Assembly (NCBI GenBank): GCA_965279515.1
Contig: CBDIID010000003.1
Span: 128,001 to 192,000 of the forward strand
DNA from: Turneriella sp.
GTDB lineage: Bacteria; Spirochaetota; Leptospiria; Turneriellales; Turneriellaceae
Reading direction: 5' to 3'
DNA: 64,000 nucleotides
Within the stretch, counting starts at the first letter, position 1. Every line of letters begins with the position of its first letter. A model generated the notes under the pieces. It was not told the origin of the DNA and searched no databases. It was given only the letters and a program-made list of their open reading frames with translations. The position numbers and the translations under genes were made by a program. Below are positions 10,484 through 21,171 of this stretch, in pieces.

Positions 10484-10771
10484 ATGACAGCCTGGTGGAA
10501 TCTATTTAATAAAAGCGAAAGGTATTTCGGGTCATCACCGCTTGCACAACCTGAATGGGCGCAACCTTTGTTAGCTATCGGTACTTTAGTTAGAATTACG
10601 TCCAAGCCTGAAAAAATACGCGAGGTAATTGAAATAGAATGGCATTGGCATCGGCACGAATTTGTGTATGTTATTGAAACTAGCGCATTAAATTTGTCCC
10701 CGCCGTTTAAACCCTACTGGTTTTTAAGTCAATTGGTCTCACATCAAGATAAATCCCTTCGGGCAATATAG
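10484..10771 (+). CDS. Hypothetical protein
   Basis: Most protein-like ORF in the cassette; purine-rich SD-like stretch upstream. Confidence 0.6.
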   Translation: MTAWWNLFNKSERYFGSSPLAQPEWAQPLLAIGTLVRITSKPEKIREVIEIEWHWHRHEFVYVIETSALNLSPPFKPYWFLSQLVSHQDKSLRAI

Positions 10772-10902
10772 AAAATCTTTTCTTACATTCATTTCTAAAA
10801 TAAAGCCCTTTAATGCTATAACTGCCCATAGCTGGTTAGTCTGTCGGTGGAAGTTCGCCGCGCCGACAGGAGGTCGGCGGAGAACAAAGGCGCAATTATT
10901 TC

Positions 10903-11117
10903 AGACAACGTGGAATTTACCTGAGGTTGAGTGACGCCTCGTTCAACTTTGTGTTCTGTAAAGCCATATTGCGTCACTCAATCTGCCCGGAGCGCCTCGC
11001 GGCAAAGCACAAAACAAGCGTCCCGCTTGTGCTTTGTCCGCGATCTTCGGCGCGTAGGGCCGAGCACGCGAGGAGCTACGGCGCCGCAGCGAGCGCAGCA
11101 GGTAAATTTTGTTAGGC
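10903..11117 (-). repeat. attC-like site, type B
   Basis: AAC...GTT bounded repeat. Confidence 0.88.
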
Positions 11118-11171
11118 GAAGAAGCTGGTACGGTAGAGCGGCAAAACATGGAGGTTTTGCCGGTTAAGCGC

Positions 11172-11747
11172 TTACAGGGAAATTGCCCGAACATGGCTAA
11201 AAGCCGGCTGATTAAATGGACGAATTTTCTCGACTGTGCCAATGTTTTCGAGCCATTTAGGATTTTGTTTCTTAACATAGTCGTAAAAGCCTTGTTTTTC
11301 GATCTCATCTTTCGACGCCTCAAATTCCGTAAACTTATGGGTAATTTTACGGAACCCGGTCGAAACATCAAGAGCGTAGCTGCCAGCATAATAGATTTTT
11401 TTAGAAACGACTTTGAACGGTTGGCACTCTTCAATGCATACGAATGTGCTACCACCTAAGCAAATCGTGGCGATTTGATAGGTGCCAGCAGGCACAGCAA
11501 TTGTTGTATATGGATCTGTATTTCTAGTTGAAGAGCCGCTTAAAGCATTTGAGAGATATTCTACGTTTGAGTCAATATTGATAACCGAAAAATTCTCGGA
11601 CATTCGCCCGATCTTACCAATGCCGTCTCGATCGACGAAGATGCCCACTAAGCTCTGACCTTCATGGTAATCAGGAAAGCTCTTACATTGGTTGATCATT
11701 AAGCTACCAAGTACACCTATGATCGATATTATCTTATTGATCTTCAT
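11172..11747 (-). CDS. Putative lipoprotein
   Basis: MKINKIISIIGVLGSLMINQ-C leader. Confidence 0.7.
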   Translation of the reverse strand: MKINKIISIIGVLGSLMINQCKSFPDYHEGQSLVGIFVDRDGIGKIGRMSENFSVINIDSNVEYLSNALSGSSTRNTDPYTTIAVPAGTYQIATICLGGSTFVCIEECQPFKVVSKKIYYAGSYALDVSTGFRKITHKFTEFEASKDEIEKQGFYDYVKKQNPKWLENIGTVEKIRPFNQPAFSHVRAISL

Positions 11748-11893
11748 TCTTGTATGATTTACCCGACTTGCGTTGGTATGCCGTTGTAAATCAATATTCA
11801 AAAAGTCTATTCTTGAACAGCGTCAGAGAGAGACGTGCATGTGCCGACAGGAGGTCGGCATTGGGAAGTCTTGAAATCGTTTCCAGCTTTTTC

Positions 11894-12117
11894 GCCTAAC
11901 GTGGAATTTACACGAGGTCGATGGTGCGCCGCACAATAAAAAGCAGACTTATTTAGAAAGCCGCATATTAAGCACCATCGATCTGCCGTAGACCGCTCGT
12001 TGCGCCTGACCAAACAAACGTCCCGTTTGTCAGGCGTCAACGATCTTTGCGGTCGGAGGCCGAGCACGCGAGGAGCCACGGCACCGCAGCGAGCGCAGCG
12101 TGTAAATTTTGTTGTCG
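11894..12117 (-). repeat. attC-like site, type C
   Basis: AAC...GTT bounded repeat. Confidence 0.88.
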
Positions 12118-12156
12118 GACGTCGCAAATTGGAAAGTTTAGCGTTTCACGAAGGCA

Positions 12157-12546
12157 TTATTTATCTTTCATTCGAAAGAAGTGCACACATAGCCATGCAC
12201 CGCCAATTTCGAAGGCAATATAAGCATAGGTAAAAAATATTCTTTCCGAAGGAACTAAAGCCCTGAGAATTATGTACATTGGCAGCCCAAACGCTAATAG
12301 ATAAACCAAAGCAAATCTCAGATATGTTTTAAGGGTTCTCGGTTGAATCAGTTTGAATGCGTAAATTATGCCGACTAATAATAATGTCGCTAAAAATCTT
12401 ACTGGCAAATAGAAAAATAGACCTAGGATAAAGGCTTCTCCTTCTGATAAACCGTGACCATAAATAGACTGTGGCATTATAAAAAAGAAGCAAATCAAAA
12501 GAGTCGATAGCTTTAAGCGGTTTTGAGTAATATTATTCGAGAACAA
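12157..12546 (-). CDS. Hypothetical membrane protein
   Basis: Fills cassette; multiple TM segments. Confidence 0.7.
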   Translation of the reverse strand: MFSNNITQNRLKLSTLLICFFFIMPQSIYGHGLSEGEAFILGLFFYLPVRFLATLLLVGIIYAFKLIQPRTLKTYLRFALVYLLAFGLPMYIILRALVPSERIFFTYAYIAFEIGGAWLCVHFFRMKDK

Positions 12547-12565
12547 TTTAATCCTTTGCGATGTC

Positions 12566-12783
12566 AGACAACGTGGATTTTACGCTGACGTTTTTTGACG
12601 CTTGTGTCATTTATTCAATTTGTAAAGCCGATTTGCGTCAAAAAATGTGGTCGTAGCGGCTCGCGGCGACGCGCGAAAACACACCTCCCGGTGTGCGCGT
12701 CGTCCGCGATCTCTGGCCGCGGAGACCCGAGCACGCGAGGAGCTACGGCACCGCAGCGGCGCAGCGCGTAAAATTTGTTGGGC
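12566..12783 (-). repeat. attC-like site, type A
   Basis: AAC...GTT bounded repeat. Confidence 0.88.
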
Positions 12784-12796
12784 GACGTATGCTGTT

Positions 12797-13561
12797 CTAT
12801 CGCCAAATCGTATCGGTTCTTTCGAATAGGTTGGTCTTACAGTTGAACTCATATTTTTCAACTTCAAGTTTTGGGCAATCCCAATAATGATTAATTCGTT
12901 CTGCTCGAAATTCTTTGCAAGTACCCAAGCTGGGCTGAGGCAACACAGTATGGGAATATTGCTGTCCTGGGCATTTTGAAGGGTTTACGGAAGCAGGTTT
13001 GCCTATCGGGTGTAGTGTTCCTGTCAGTTCCGTCGAGGTGAATTTTGGCCCCTTCGGTGTCACTACCCGAAGGCAACCGAGACGGCCATTTAGATGGTCA
13101 AAATGATATAATACTAATGACGGAGGGCTTTCTGGGTTAATGGCCTCAATAATATAGCTATTAAATCCAGAACAAGTTCCAGTATACGGTTTATCATTTG
13201 GGACAACTACTGCCTCAGTCATTGATTTCATATATACGATACTTATTGTCGGTTCTGTTTGTGAGGCTCCGCCAGTTTGGCGAAAAACGGACTTATTATG
13301 AACTTCAAGCAAAATATAAGGCGGATTTACGCGATATAAGCGAATCTCTATGTCCGAATGTTCAATTCGTTTTCCAAGTTGAAATTCTACTGTTACTGAT
13401 TTTTCGAATTTATTAATTTCCTCAGCGGAAAGCTCTGGCGCCATATCACTCTTTAAGACGGCCACGACACTTTTCTTAAAAATCTTGAGCGGCAGCTCCT
13501 TCGGTTCCATGAAGTTACCGGACCAATTGCTTGTCAGGAGGGTGAGTAATATTAGCAGCAT
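12797..13561 (-). CDS. Hypothetical exported Cys-containing protein
   Basis: Fills cassette; ATG 12 nt after the crossover G. Confidence 0.75.
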   Translation of the reverse strand: MLLILLTLLTSNWSGNFMEPKELPLKIFKKSVVAVLKSDMAPELSAEEINKFEKSVTVEFQLGKRIEHSDIEIRLYRVNPPYILLEVHNKSVFRQTGGASQTEPTISIVYMKSMTEAVVVPNDKPYTGTCSGFNSYIIEAINPESPPSLVLYHFDHLNGRLGCLRVVTPKGPKFTSTELTGTLHPIGKPASVNPSKCPGQQYSHTVLPQPSLGTCKEFRAERINHYWDCPKLEVEKYEFNCKTNLFERTDTIWR

Positions 13562-13566
13562 ATGTC

Positions 13567-13791
13567 GCCCAACGTTGGAATTACCTGACGTCGATGGTGC
13601 GCCGCACCATAAATGCGGTTTTCTTACAAGAGCCGCTCTTGGCGCGCCATCGATGTGCCGCAGGTGGCTGCGTTGCGCCCGCCAATTAAGCTCGATAGAG
13701 CGCGGGCGTCAACGCATTTCAGGCCACCGGAGGCCGAGCACGCGAGGACCCACGGGACCGCAGCGAGCGCAGCAGGTAATTCTTGTTGTCT
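13567..13791 (-). repeat. attC-like site, type H
   Basis: gaattacctg ... caggtaattc stem. Confidence 0.85.
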
Positions 13792-14017
13792 GAAGTAATT
13801 GCGCCTGTGAGCCCGGGCAGGGAGGCTCGGGCGACGACGAACCAAGTCCCAGAATGATCCAAAATGCTGACTTTTAGTGTCATAACTAGTCATTTTGTCA
13901 CCCTGTAGAAGAGGCTTTACACCTGAGGGATCAGGTGGTCGCGTCGCCTTTGGTGGGGATTAATTTCCTAAATGTTAAGTACTTGCCGTCACATGCGGCA
14001 CCAAATATATTAAGTGC

Positions 14018-14254
14018 ATGAGCGTTGAGACATTGGAGAAAGCACAAGAATTCGCTGCAAATCTGACAACAGAGGAAAAAACGCAGTTGCTTGATTTTCT
14101 ATTGGTAGACCTGCAAAATGAAAATGTCGAGATCAGTCCGGCATGGATTAAGCAAATAGAAGAAAGTGAAGCAGAGATGCTCTCAGGCCGCGATCCCGGT
14201 GTGCCTTGGGCAGAAGTGCAAACGAATATGCGTCGAATCATCGGTGGCTCTTGA
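14018..14254 (+). CDS. Addiction module antitoxin component
   Basis: LTTEEKTQLLDFLL...AWIKQIE...GVPWAEV pattern. Confidence 0.8.
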   Translation: MSVETLEKAQEFAANLTTEEKTQLLDFLLVDLQNENVEISPAWIKQIEESEAEMLSGRDPGVPWAEVQTNMRRIIGGS

Positions 14255-14538
14255 AGCCAGTCATTTTTAGCCGCCGCGCAAACGCACACACCGACTCGAT
14301 CACGAAAGCTTACAGGGATGTTTCGGTATCTGCCGCAACGAAATTTGAGAAGGCCATCAATGTCGCCGTCGGTCATATCACTCTGCAGCCGAAAGCGTGG
14401 GCAAATTTTCATACGCACTATCGGAAATTCATTTTGAAACCGTTTCCTTACGCCATTGTGTATCGGGAGCTAAATGATATTATTCGTGTTCTTGAGATTG
14501 TAGATTTGCGCCGCGAACCGGGTTACTGGCTGAAATAG
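14251..14538 (+). CDS. RelE/ParE family toxin
   Basis: YRKFILKPFPYAIVYR...RREPGYW; TTGA overlap. Confidence 0.85.
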   Translation: MKPVIFSRRANAHTDSITKAYRDVSVSAATKFEKAINVAVGHITLQPKAWANFHTHYRKFILKPFPYAIVYRELNDIIRVLEIVDLRREPGYWLK

Positions 14539-14700
14539 ACCTGAAACCGACTTGCCGCCATTCTGAATGACAAACTTTTCGCCTGAAAGTTTGGGGACGG
14601 CCACCAGATCTATTGAGGAATCATGTTCTTAAATGCTTATTCCATACCGGACCAACTGCGTCGGCACGAGGCCGACGAAGTACAAAGGCGCAATTATTTC

Positions 14701-14916
14701 AGACAACGTGGAAAATACCCGAATTGCGCCCTCGCGGGTGTAAAGTGCAAATAAACACGGTTTATGTGACTTTCGCGGGAGCGCATTTGCCCGTAGCGCC
14801 TCGCGAGCCCGCCAATGCAGGCCCAGTGGCCTGCGGGCGTAGCGATCTTCGGCGCGTAGGGCCGAGCACGCGACCCAACGTAGTGGTCGCGGCGCAGCGG
14901 GTATTTTTTGTTAGCC
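14701..14916 (-). repeat. attC-like site, type D
   Basis: AAC...GTT bounded repeat. Confidence 0.88.
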
Positions 14917-15088
14917 GCCGTTACCGGATTCGCGCGGCTGGCGAGCAACCCGAAGGTCGGCGATATGCTGTAGTTCGATATTATTAGTAACCGAGGAGTT
15001 GTCGCCAGGATCAAAGGCGTAAGCAGCGAAATCTGGCTGTACTCTCTGATAACAAATCCTCTTTTTCTCCCCTTCGGGCGCGAAGGAG

Positions 15089-16423
15089 GGTACAATATCA
15101 GAACATCGGTAACGAAAAGTCATCACGACATCGGTAACAGTTCTGCCTCAGGCTTTGCCGTGGTTTCCTCCTGATTTGGTGTAAACAAATAATTGTTCCG
15201 ATCGATGTAGCCCAATAGCAGGCTACCGAAGTAGACGTCGATGCGCATGTCGGCGATAAACCGGAGCCCGATCGGGTAGCCGTTAAAAGAATTGCCGATA
15301 AATATCCGGTGCTGCTTGTAGTTGGTGTAACCGCGGTCATTTACGATGCGTACGATGCAATCCTCAGGGTAGGCGGGTAGTACGTCGCCAGTATACGGAA
15401 TTTCAGATGGTAGGTAGAACTCTGATGGCGTCCTCATGCCCAGGGCTTCATGCGGTCGCACATTGTTGAAGTCTTCGCGCCACTGATCAAACGAAATCTG
15501 GTGAAGCTTTAGATCACCGCGAATGCGCCCCTGCAGTTCCGTGCGGATGTCTCTGTGCATACGCTCATGGCCACCATTCTGGGCTGGCTTTCCCGGATCA
15601 ATGCGGTCCAGAGAAATTCCCAAGGACAGCCACCAGACTGACAATTTTGTCAGGCCAAAGAGGCCCCACGATGATGCGAAAGGAGTTCCGTTGTCAGAGC
15701 GAATAATTTCCGGCAGACCATAGCGTTTGAAGAGTCTGGCAAAGTGTTGTTTTACATTGGAAATATTGCCCTTTTCCAGTATCTGTATCGACAGGATGTA
15801 CTTACTGTACTCATCGCGAACTGTCAGAGGTTCGCATTTCTCTGCATGTGCAGTATACCACCACCCCTTGAAATCAACCGTCCATATGTGATTGGGATGC
15901 GTCGCCTTTTCGCGAAGCATCAGCCTCTCTCCGGTTCTGCGGCGCTTCTTTCCTCTTGGCCTTGTCAGACCAGAGCGCGCCAGAAGGCGATCGACTGTAG
16001 GCACTGAAATATCGCCTTTGCGCTCGGGGTAAAGCCTGCAGAAGACCGCATAGATCTTCTTGGCTCCCCAGCGAGGCCTGTTATTCTTTATGCGAATAAT
16101 GTCGCAGATTGTTTCTTCGTCAGTGCGGTTCGGATTGCCTCCTGGTTTTCGTGACAACTCCGCCAATCCAGCTAAGCCTTTTTCCAGAAACCTTGCCTTC
16201 CACTTGTACCCTGTCTTGGTGCTGATGCCAAACTCGCGGCACAGCTCTGTGAAACTCTCTACGCCCTCCAGGGCGCGAAAGACAAAAGATCTTTTCTCTT
16301 CCATTTTGGTAACCTCTTTCCACGGCATTTGAGCCCCCTGCCGAAGGCAGGCAAAAGCTCTTTGCGAAGCAAAGTGTTACCGATGTCTTGATAGAAATGT
16401 GTTACCTATGTCGTGATAGTACC
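15089..16423 (-). mobile_element. IS481-like insertion sequence, copy 2
   Basis: 1335 bp; 4-bp TSD GGAG confirmed by the empty allele at ~27709. Confidence 0.93.
15123..16328 (-). CDS. IS481-family DDE transposase
   Basis: Same protein as copy 1; a few synonymous changes. Confidence 0.92.
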   Translation of the reverse strand: MPWKEVTKMEEKRSFVFRALEGVESFTELCREFGISTKTGYKWKARFLEKGLAGLAELSRKPGGNPNRTDEETICDIIRIKNNRPRWGAKKIYAVFCRLYPERKGDISVPTVDRLLARSGLTRPRGKKRRRTGERLMLREKATHPNHIWTVDFKGWWYTAHAEKCEPLTVRDEYSKYILSIQILEKGNISNVKQHFARLFKRYGLPEIIRSDNGTPFASSWGLFGLTKLSVWWLSLGISLDRIDPGKPAQNGGHERMHRDIRTELQGRIRGDLKLHQISFDQWREDFNNVRPHEALGMRTPSEFYLPSEIPYTGDVLPAYPEDCIVRIVNDRGYTNYKQHRIFIGNSFNGYPIGLRFIADMRIDVYFGSLLLGYIDRNNYLFTPNQEETTAKPEAELLPMS

Positions 16424-16435
16424 GGAGGTAATGGT

Positions 16436-16650
16436 GGCTAACGTGGAATTTACCTGACGTTTGGTGACACTTGTGTCATTAATTCAATCAGGAAAGCCGA
16501 TTTGTGTCACCAAATGTGCCCGGAGCGCCTCGCGGCAAAGCACAAAACAAGCGTCCCGCTTGTGCTTTGTCCGCGATCTTGGGCGCGCAGGGCCGAGCAC
16601 GCGAGGAGCTACGGCACCGCAGCGAGCGCAGCAGGTAAATTTTGTTGGGC
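16436..16650 (-). repeat. attC-like site, type B
   Basis: AAC...GTT bounded repeat. Confidence 0.88.
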
Positions 16651-16669
16651 GATGTGCGCGATGGATTAG

Positions 16670-16975
16670 TTAGTCAGCAACAACTCTTAAGGATGTCTCC
16701 ATCTGGATGGCCATTTGGCTCAACTCTATTAAAGACGACAAGCAGGAATCGGTAGACTCATTAATTCCCTTAAGTGAAAGGCACTCTGCCTTGAAGGCCT
16801 CAAGCTCGGCAAACACTATAACAGAATCGGCCCAATAATCGGCAAGTCTCTGAAAAATCTGGCAGGATTTCTCTATGGCCTTCAGTCGTAATGCCTCATG
16901 ATCGCCAAGTCCCATGGAGACAAACTTTATGTCGTCACCTGGCACTGAGCCTGCTATATGAAAATCTAAGCCCAT
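16670..16975 (-). CDS. Hypothetical protein
   Basis: Second ORF of a two-gene cassette. Confidence 0.7.
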   Translation of the reverse strand: MGLDFHIAGSVPGDDIKFVSMGLGDHEALRLKAIEKSCQIFQRLADYWADSVIVFAELEAFKAECLSLKGINESTDSCLSSLIELSQMAIQMETSLRVVAD

Positions 16976-16978
16976 AGT

Positions 16979-17623
16979 TCAAATGGAGTTAATGTAATTA
17001 ATTATCATCGCCGTGTTTTCCATGTTTATCTCTGAAATTTGGGTAAAATATATCATCCAGTCGCGATAAGATCTTTCATCAGTGACCTCGCCAACAGATG
17101 ACCGAGACACATCTGTAACATAAGAGGCTCCTTTTTGGTGCATTTCCATTAGGGCATTTTTCGCTTTTCTGCGAAATGCAGAGGTTCTTATCAAATAGTA
17201 CAGAAGGTTTCGCTGATTCTTAATGCGAGTCAGGGCGGCGGCGGCCTTAGAATATTCTGAAATAAGTTCCTTATTGTTATCTGCAATGGCGGCTTGGTTA
17301 AGGATCGGATTCTTAAGTAGCTCGGATTGTCTATGTCGGAGTCCCGAAATATTCTCCAGAGCTTCCTTTTCATTAGATTGCAGAATCAATAGCTCCTGCA
17401 CCGCATTTATAAGTAAGTCCTTTTGGTTTCTTAATATCGAAAATCTCTTGTTGTAAGCGATCGTGACAAAGCAGACGATAACTATATTCAGAAAAAGATT
17501 GGCTACGGCAATTAGATCAACCGTTTGATTGATTTTGAATCCAGTCAGCAGATGTCGGAAACTATATGCAACTGCAAAAAAGGCCGAAATTAAGAGAAAA
17601 GTAATCAGGACCCGAGTCTTCAT
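16979..17623 (-). CDS. Hypothetical protein, 2 N-terminal TM segments plus helical domain
   Basis: First ORF of a two-gene cassette. Confidence 0.72.
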   Translation of the reverse strand: MKTRVLITFLLISAFFAVAYSFRHLLTGFKINQTVDLIAVANLFLNIVIVCFVTIAYNKRFSILRNQKDLLINAVQELLILQSNEKEALENISGLRHRQSELLKNPILNQAAIADNNKELISEYSKAAAALTRIKNQRNLLYYLIRTSAFRRKAKNALMEMHQKGASYVTDVSRSSVGEVTDERSYRDWMIYFTQISEINMENTAMIINYINSI

Positions 17624-17640
17624 ATTTCTTCGCGCATTTC

Positions 17641-17858
17641 GCCCAACGTGGATTTTACGCTGACGTTTTTTGACGCTTGTGTCATTTATTCAGTCTGTAA
17701 AGCCGATTTGCGTCAAAAAATGTGGTCGTAGCGGCTCGCGGCGACGCGCGAAAACACACCTCCCGGTGTGCGCGTCGTCCGCGATCTTTTGCCGCGGAGA
17801 CCCGAGCACGCGAGGAGCTACGGCACCGCAGCGGCGCAGCGCGTAAAATTTGTTGGCT
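17641..17858 (-). repeat. attC-like site, type A
   Basis: AAC...GTT bounded repeat. Confidence 0.88.
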
Positions 17859-17870
17859 GCCGTAGCGAAG

Positions 17871-18323
17871 CTACATGCCCATTAGAGTAATTAAGCCTGA
17901 TTTCCTTTCTTCCAACCATTTCATTAACTCTGAAATTGTCTGTACTAGTGTAACTTTGTTTTTGTGCCAATTTGGCATCAATATATTCTCAGCGTAATCA
18001 TCTTGCATCACATTAGAAAGCGGCAAATCTGAGAAGCTTGAATTCTCGGCCTCGAGCTTCTTTTTTAGGATTTCCAAATCCTTAATAATCTGAGTCGTTT
18101 CTGCTTCCCTCATCTCCATGAAAGCATAGTGGTCATAATTTCTAATTGCATTCTGAAAAATCTTTTCTATCGTAATTATTGCTTCTTCACTTAGGAAAAC
18201 GGAAGTTGCATTCCAGCATTTATCTTGATATTTGCCAGGGTAAAACTCAAAATAACAGGTTCCTTCCAATTCAGAAACCTCGGTTATTAATCTTAAATCG
18301 GGCTCAAATTCTTCTGGATTCAT
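17871..18323 (-). CDS. Hypothetical acidic protein
   Basis: Fills cassette. Confidence 0.75.
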   Translation of the reverse strand: MNPEEFEPDLRLITEVSELEGTCYFEFYPGKYQDKCWNATSVFLSEEAIITIEKIFQNAIRNYDHYAFMEMREAETTQIIKDLEILKKKLEAENSSFSDLPLSNVMQDDYAENILMPNWHKNKVTLVQTISELMKWLEERKSGLITLMGM

Positions 18324-18342
18324 ATTGATTCTTCGCTATGGC

Positions 18343-18560
18343 AGCCAACGTTGGATTTTACGCTGACGTTTTTTGACGCTTGTGTCATTTATTCAATTTG
18401 TAAAGCCGATTTGCGTCAAAAAATGTGGTCGTAGCGGCTCGCGGCGACGCGCGAAAACACACCTCCCGGTGTGCGCGTCGTCCGCGATCTTTGCCGCGGA
18501 GACCCGAGCACGCGAGGAGCTACGGCACCGCAGCGGCGCAGCGCGTAAAATTTGTTCTCT
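18343..18560 (-). repeat. attC-like site, type A
   Basis: AAC...GTT bounded repeat. Confidence 0.88.
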
Positions 18561-18714
18561 GACGTAGTTGCGCATGCGAGCCCGGGCATGGAGGGCCGGG
18601 CGACAAGTAGACCAGGCTCCTCGCCCTTTAGCGTTTTAAAATGAAAATCTGTGTTGCCGCTCTATGTTTGGCCAGAAAAAAATCCATTACTGATACAGAA
18701 TTTAAGAACTATTT

Positions 18715-19206
18715 ATGAATTATTTGCTTCTCCTGTTTCTGCTCCTTGCATATCCAATAGAATTATTCACCATGCAACCTTGTAGGTCTAATGAGATTAA
18801 AACGGAACACATCGGACTTGCGCCCATTAGCCTCAATGCCGGCTACCCGCAGATTTTATCAGTGCGAAGCGGATTCCTTTTTGATTTTTTGGAAAATCCA
18901 TGTGAGAGATTCGCCCTGGATATTTATGTTGAGCCTGGAATTACTGGTGCCAAGGGCATATTTGCAGTGAGTTTGGAAGGTTATTACTCAGGTATTTACG
19001 TCGGCTTAGGCTACTTGTATAATTATCTGCTCTTAACAAGCAGTATGAAGCAACAATATCTGGGCGGTGAGTTTGGGTTGCGCGTATTTAATCTTAATTT
19101 AAATGCGGGTTTGTACTTTAGCCAGCCACTTTTAACTGAAACCTCAGATTTGGTGCTAAATCTACAAATAGGGTATACGTTTTTGAATACGTTGAGACTG
19201 CAATAA
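18715..19206 (+). CDS. Hypothetical outer-membrane beta-strand protein
   Basis: Signal peptide; alternating Gly/aromatic strands. Confidence 0.65.
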   Translation: MNYLLLLFLLLAYPIELFTMQPCRSNEIKTEHIGLAPISLNAGYPQILSVRSGFLFDFLENPCERFALDIYVEPGITGAKGIFAVSLEGYYSGIYVGLGYLYNYLLLTSSMKQQYLGGEFGLRVFNLNLNAGLYFSQPLLTETSDLVLNLQIGYTFLNTLRLQ

Positions 19207-19294
19207 CGTACAATAGGCCAAGTTTAGCAAAACTCTTCAGATACAGGTCGAGCACCGCCATGGATGGCGGTGAAGCACAACCCGCAACTATGTC

Positions 19295-19509
19295 AGAGAA
19301 CGCGGAATTTACCTGACGATTGGTGACGCTAGTGTCATTAATTTAATCAGGAAAGCCGATTTGTGTCACCAATTGTGCCCGAAGCGCCTCGCGGCAAAGC
19401 ACAAAACAAGCGTCCCGCTTGTGCTTTGTCCGCGATCTTCGGCGCGTAGGGCCGAGCACGCGAGGAGCCACAGCACCGCAGCGAGCGCAGCAGGTAAATT
19501 TTGTTGTAT
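19295..19509 (-). repeat. attC-like site, type B
   Basis: AAC...GTT bounded repeat. Confidence 0.88.
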
Positions 19510-19522
19510 GACGTTGCGTTTG

Positions 19523-19912
19523 TTAAGGATAGTTTTTATTGCAACCGGGGCAAGAATATCGCCCTAAAACGCCAGCAACCCGAACATTATTAGCTGTTAG
19601 TCGAACTTTCCTTTTATCTTGCTCGAAGCATGTGGCACAAAAAGGCCCGTCATTTTCTTTAGTGTAGTAATAACCTTCTCGAAAATCCAAATCAATAGCG
19701 GGTTCTGTCTTTTGCTTTAAAGCTGTATTTTCGGCCTTAAGGTCGCTGTTTTGCGTCATCAAATCAGCGATTTTTACTTTCATTTCAGCCAGTTGCAATT
19801 CAAGATTTGCAAATAAAGTGGCAAATTCAGCGTCTTTTATCTTTTCATTTGCCGTACGTAATGTTTTTAGAATATTTATAGAAGCAGTTATCGAAGAAAT
19901 TATCTCGGTCAT
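19523..19912 (-). CDS. Coiled-coil plus Zn-ribbon protein
   Basis: GPFCATC...CPGC after heptad repeats; GTAGG SD. Confidence 0.78.
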   Translation of the reverse strand: MTEIISSITASINILKTLRTANEKIKDAEFATLFANLELQLAEMKVKIADLMTQNSDLKAENTALKQKTEPAIDLDFREGYYYTKENDGPFCATCFEQDKRKVRLTANNVRVAGVLGRYSCPGCNKNYP

Positions 19913-19995
19913 AGCACCTACTTAATACGGTTTAACAGTCTTCTGTCTGTTCTTTTTCTGCATTTGTGTCATGTCAAATTATTTCACGCAATGTC

Positions 19996-20211
19996 ATACA
20001 ACGTTGGATTTTACGCTGACGTTTTTTGACGCTTGTGTCATTTATTCAATTTGTAAAGCCGATTTGCGTCAAAAAATGTGGTCGTAGCGGCTCGCGGCGA
20101 CGCGCAAAAGCACACCTCCCGGTGTGCGCGTCGTCCGCGATCTTTGCCGCGGAGACCCGAGCACGCGACCCAACGAAGTGGTCGCGGCGCAGCGCGTAAA
20201 ATTTGTTGGGT
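19996..20211 (-). repeat. attC-like site, type A (alternative last hairpin)
   Basis: AAC...GTT bounded repeat. Confidence 0.88.
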
Positions 20212-20269
20212 GCCGTGTTTCAATCGGTGTAAGTCAGCGAAGCTGAGAACGACAACAAGAGCCTGCTAT

Positions 20270-20740
20270 TTATTCTTCAAATTCTTCAGCAGGCCTGAGG
20301 CCGAGAATGAACGCCTTGAACGTCGGCGCAATCTGAATATCTTCCTTACATTCAACATCTATCCACGAAATACAGGGTTCCTTGCCATTACGGTAATCTA
20401 AAGTGATCCACCAATGTCCGTCACCTGTAAGTAGTACTTGCGCAGGAGGAAGGCCCCATTCTTCGATCATATAGGTAGAATGCATAATATTTTGCCCCGT
20501 CTTCATATCTGGATCAGGTTCAATCCCGAAAAGTTCGTCTAAGGGGATGTGATTCGGTGCCCAGGTTGTGCGTTCCTTTGTCGGGTATGCGAATCTTTTC
20601 GTGTAACCACCATTTTGACGTTGTAGTAATGATAGATATTCGGCCGGAAGTGTTACGCGAAGCGTTCTTTCTGCATGCTCTATCTTGTCCCGAGTTAGCG
20701 GCGGATGCGCCGGGTGGTCAGTATCCCAAAATGGTTCCAT
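20270..20740 (-). CDS. SMI1/KNR4 (SUKH) family protein
   Basis: IEHAERTLRVTLPAEY...QNGG...GDGHWWITLDYR...IAPTF. Confidence 0.9.
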   Translation of the reverse strand: MEPFWDTDHPAHPPLTRDKIEHAERTLRVTLPAEYLSLLQRQNGGYTKRFAYPTKERTTWAPNHIPLDELFGIEPDPDMKTGQNIMHSTYMIEEWGLPPAQVLLTGDGHWWITLDYRNGKEPCISWIDVECKEDIQIAPTFKAFILGLRPAEEFEE

Positions 20741-20827
20741 ACTTTCGATAGAGATGAAGCCTGTCCGTATCAGGGCTTTGTAAGCGCAATTAGAATGCCC
20801 GGGCCGAAATAATTACTGAAACATGGC

Positions 20828-21021
20828 ACCCAACGCGGGTTTTACCTTGACGTTTTGGCTTGTGGCGTCTTCGCCGCAAGCCAAAATGTGCCCGAAGCGC
20901 CTGCCCGAGCCCGCCAATGCAGGCCCACAGGCGGGCGGGCGCAGGGCATCTTTGGCGCGGAGTGGCCGAGCACACGACCCAACGAAGTGGTCGTGCGCGC
21001 AGCAGGTAAAACTTGTTCTCT
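20828..21021 (-). repeat. attC-like site, type E
   Basis: Near copy of 4156-4349. Confidence 0.88.
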
Positions 21022-21171
21022 GACGTAGGTGCGCCTGTGAGCCCGGCAAGGAGGCCGGGCGACTTCGATGCAAGCCCATGTTTGAGGGAAGTGCGCCACT
21101 CGCTATTGATAATTTAGTATCATTTGCAAATGTACTTTACGCAAGACAGACACGGCAATATAATGCATTTC

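Larger units (their letters stand above)
14910..16442 (-). other. ORF-less cassette interrupted by IS copy 2
   Basis: Near-identical to intact 27533-27727. Confidence 0.8.
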
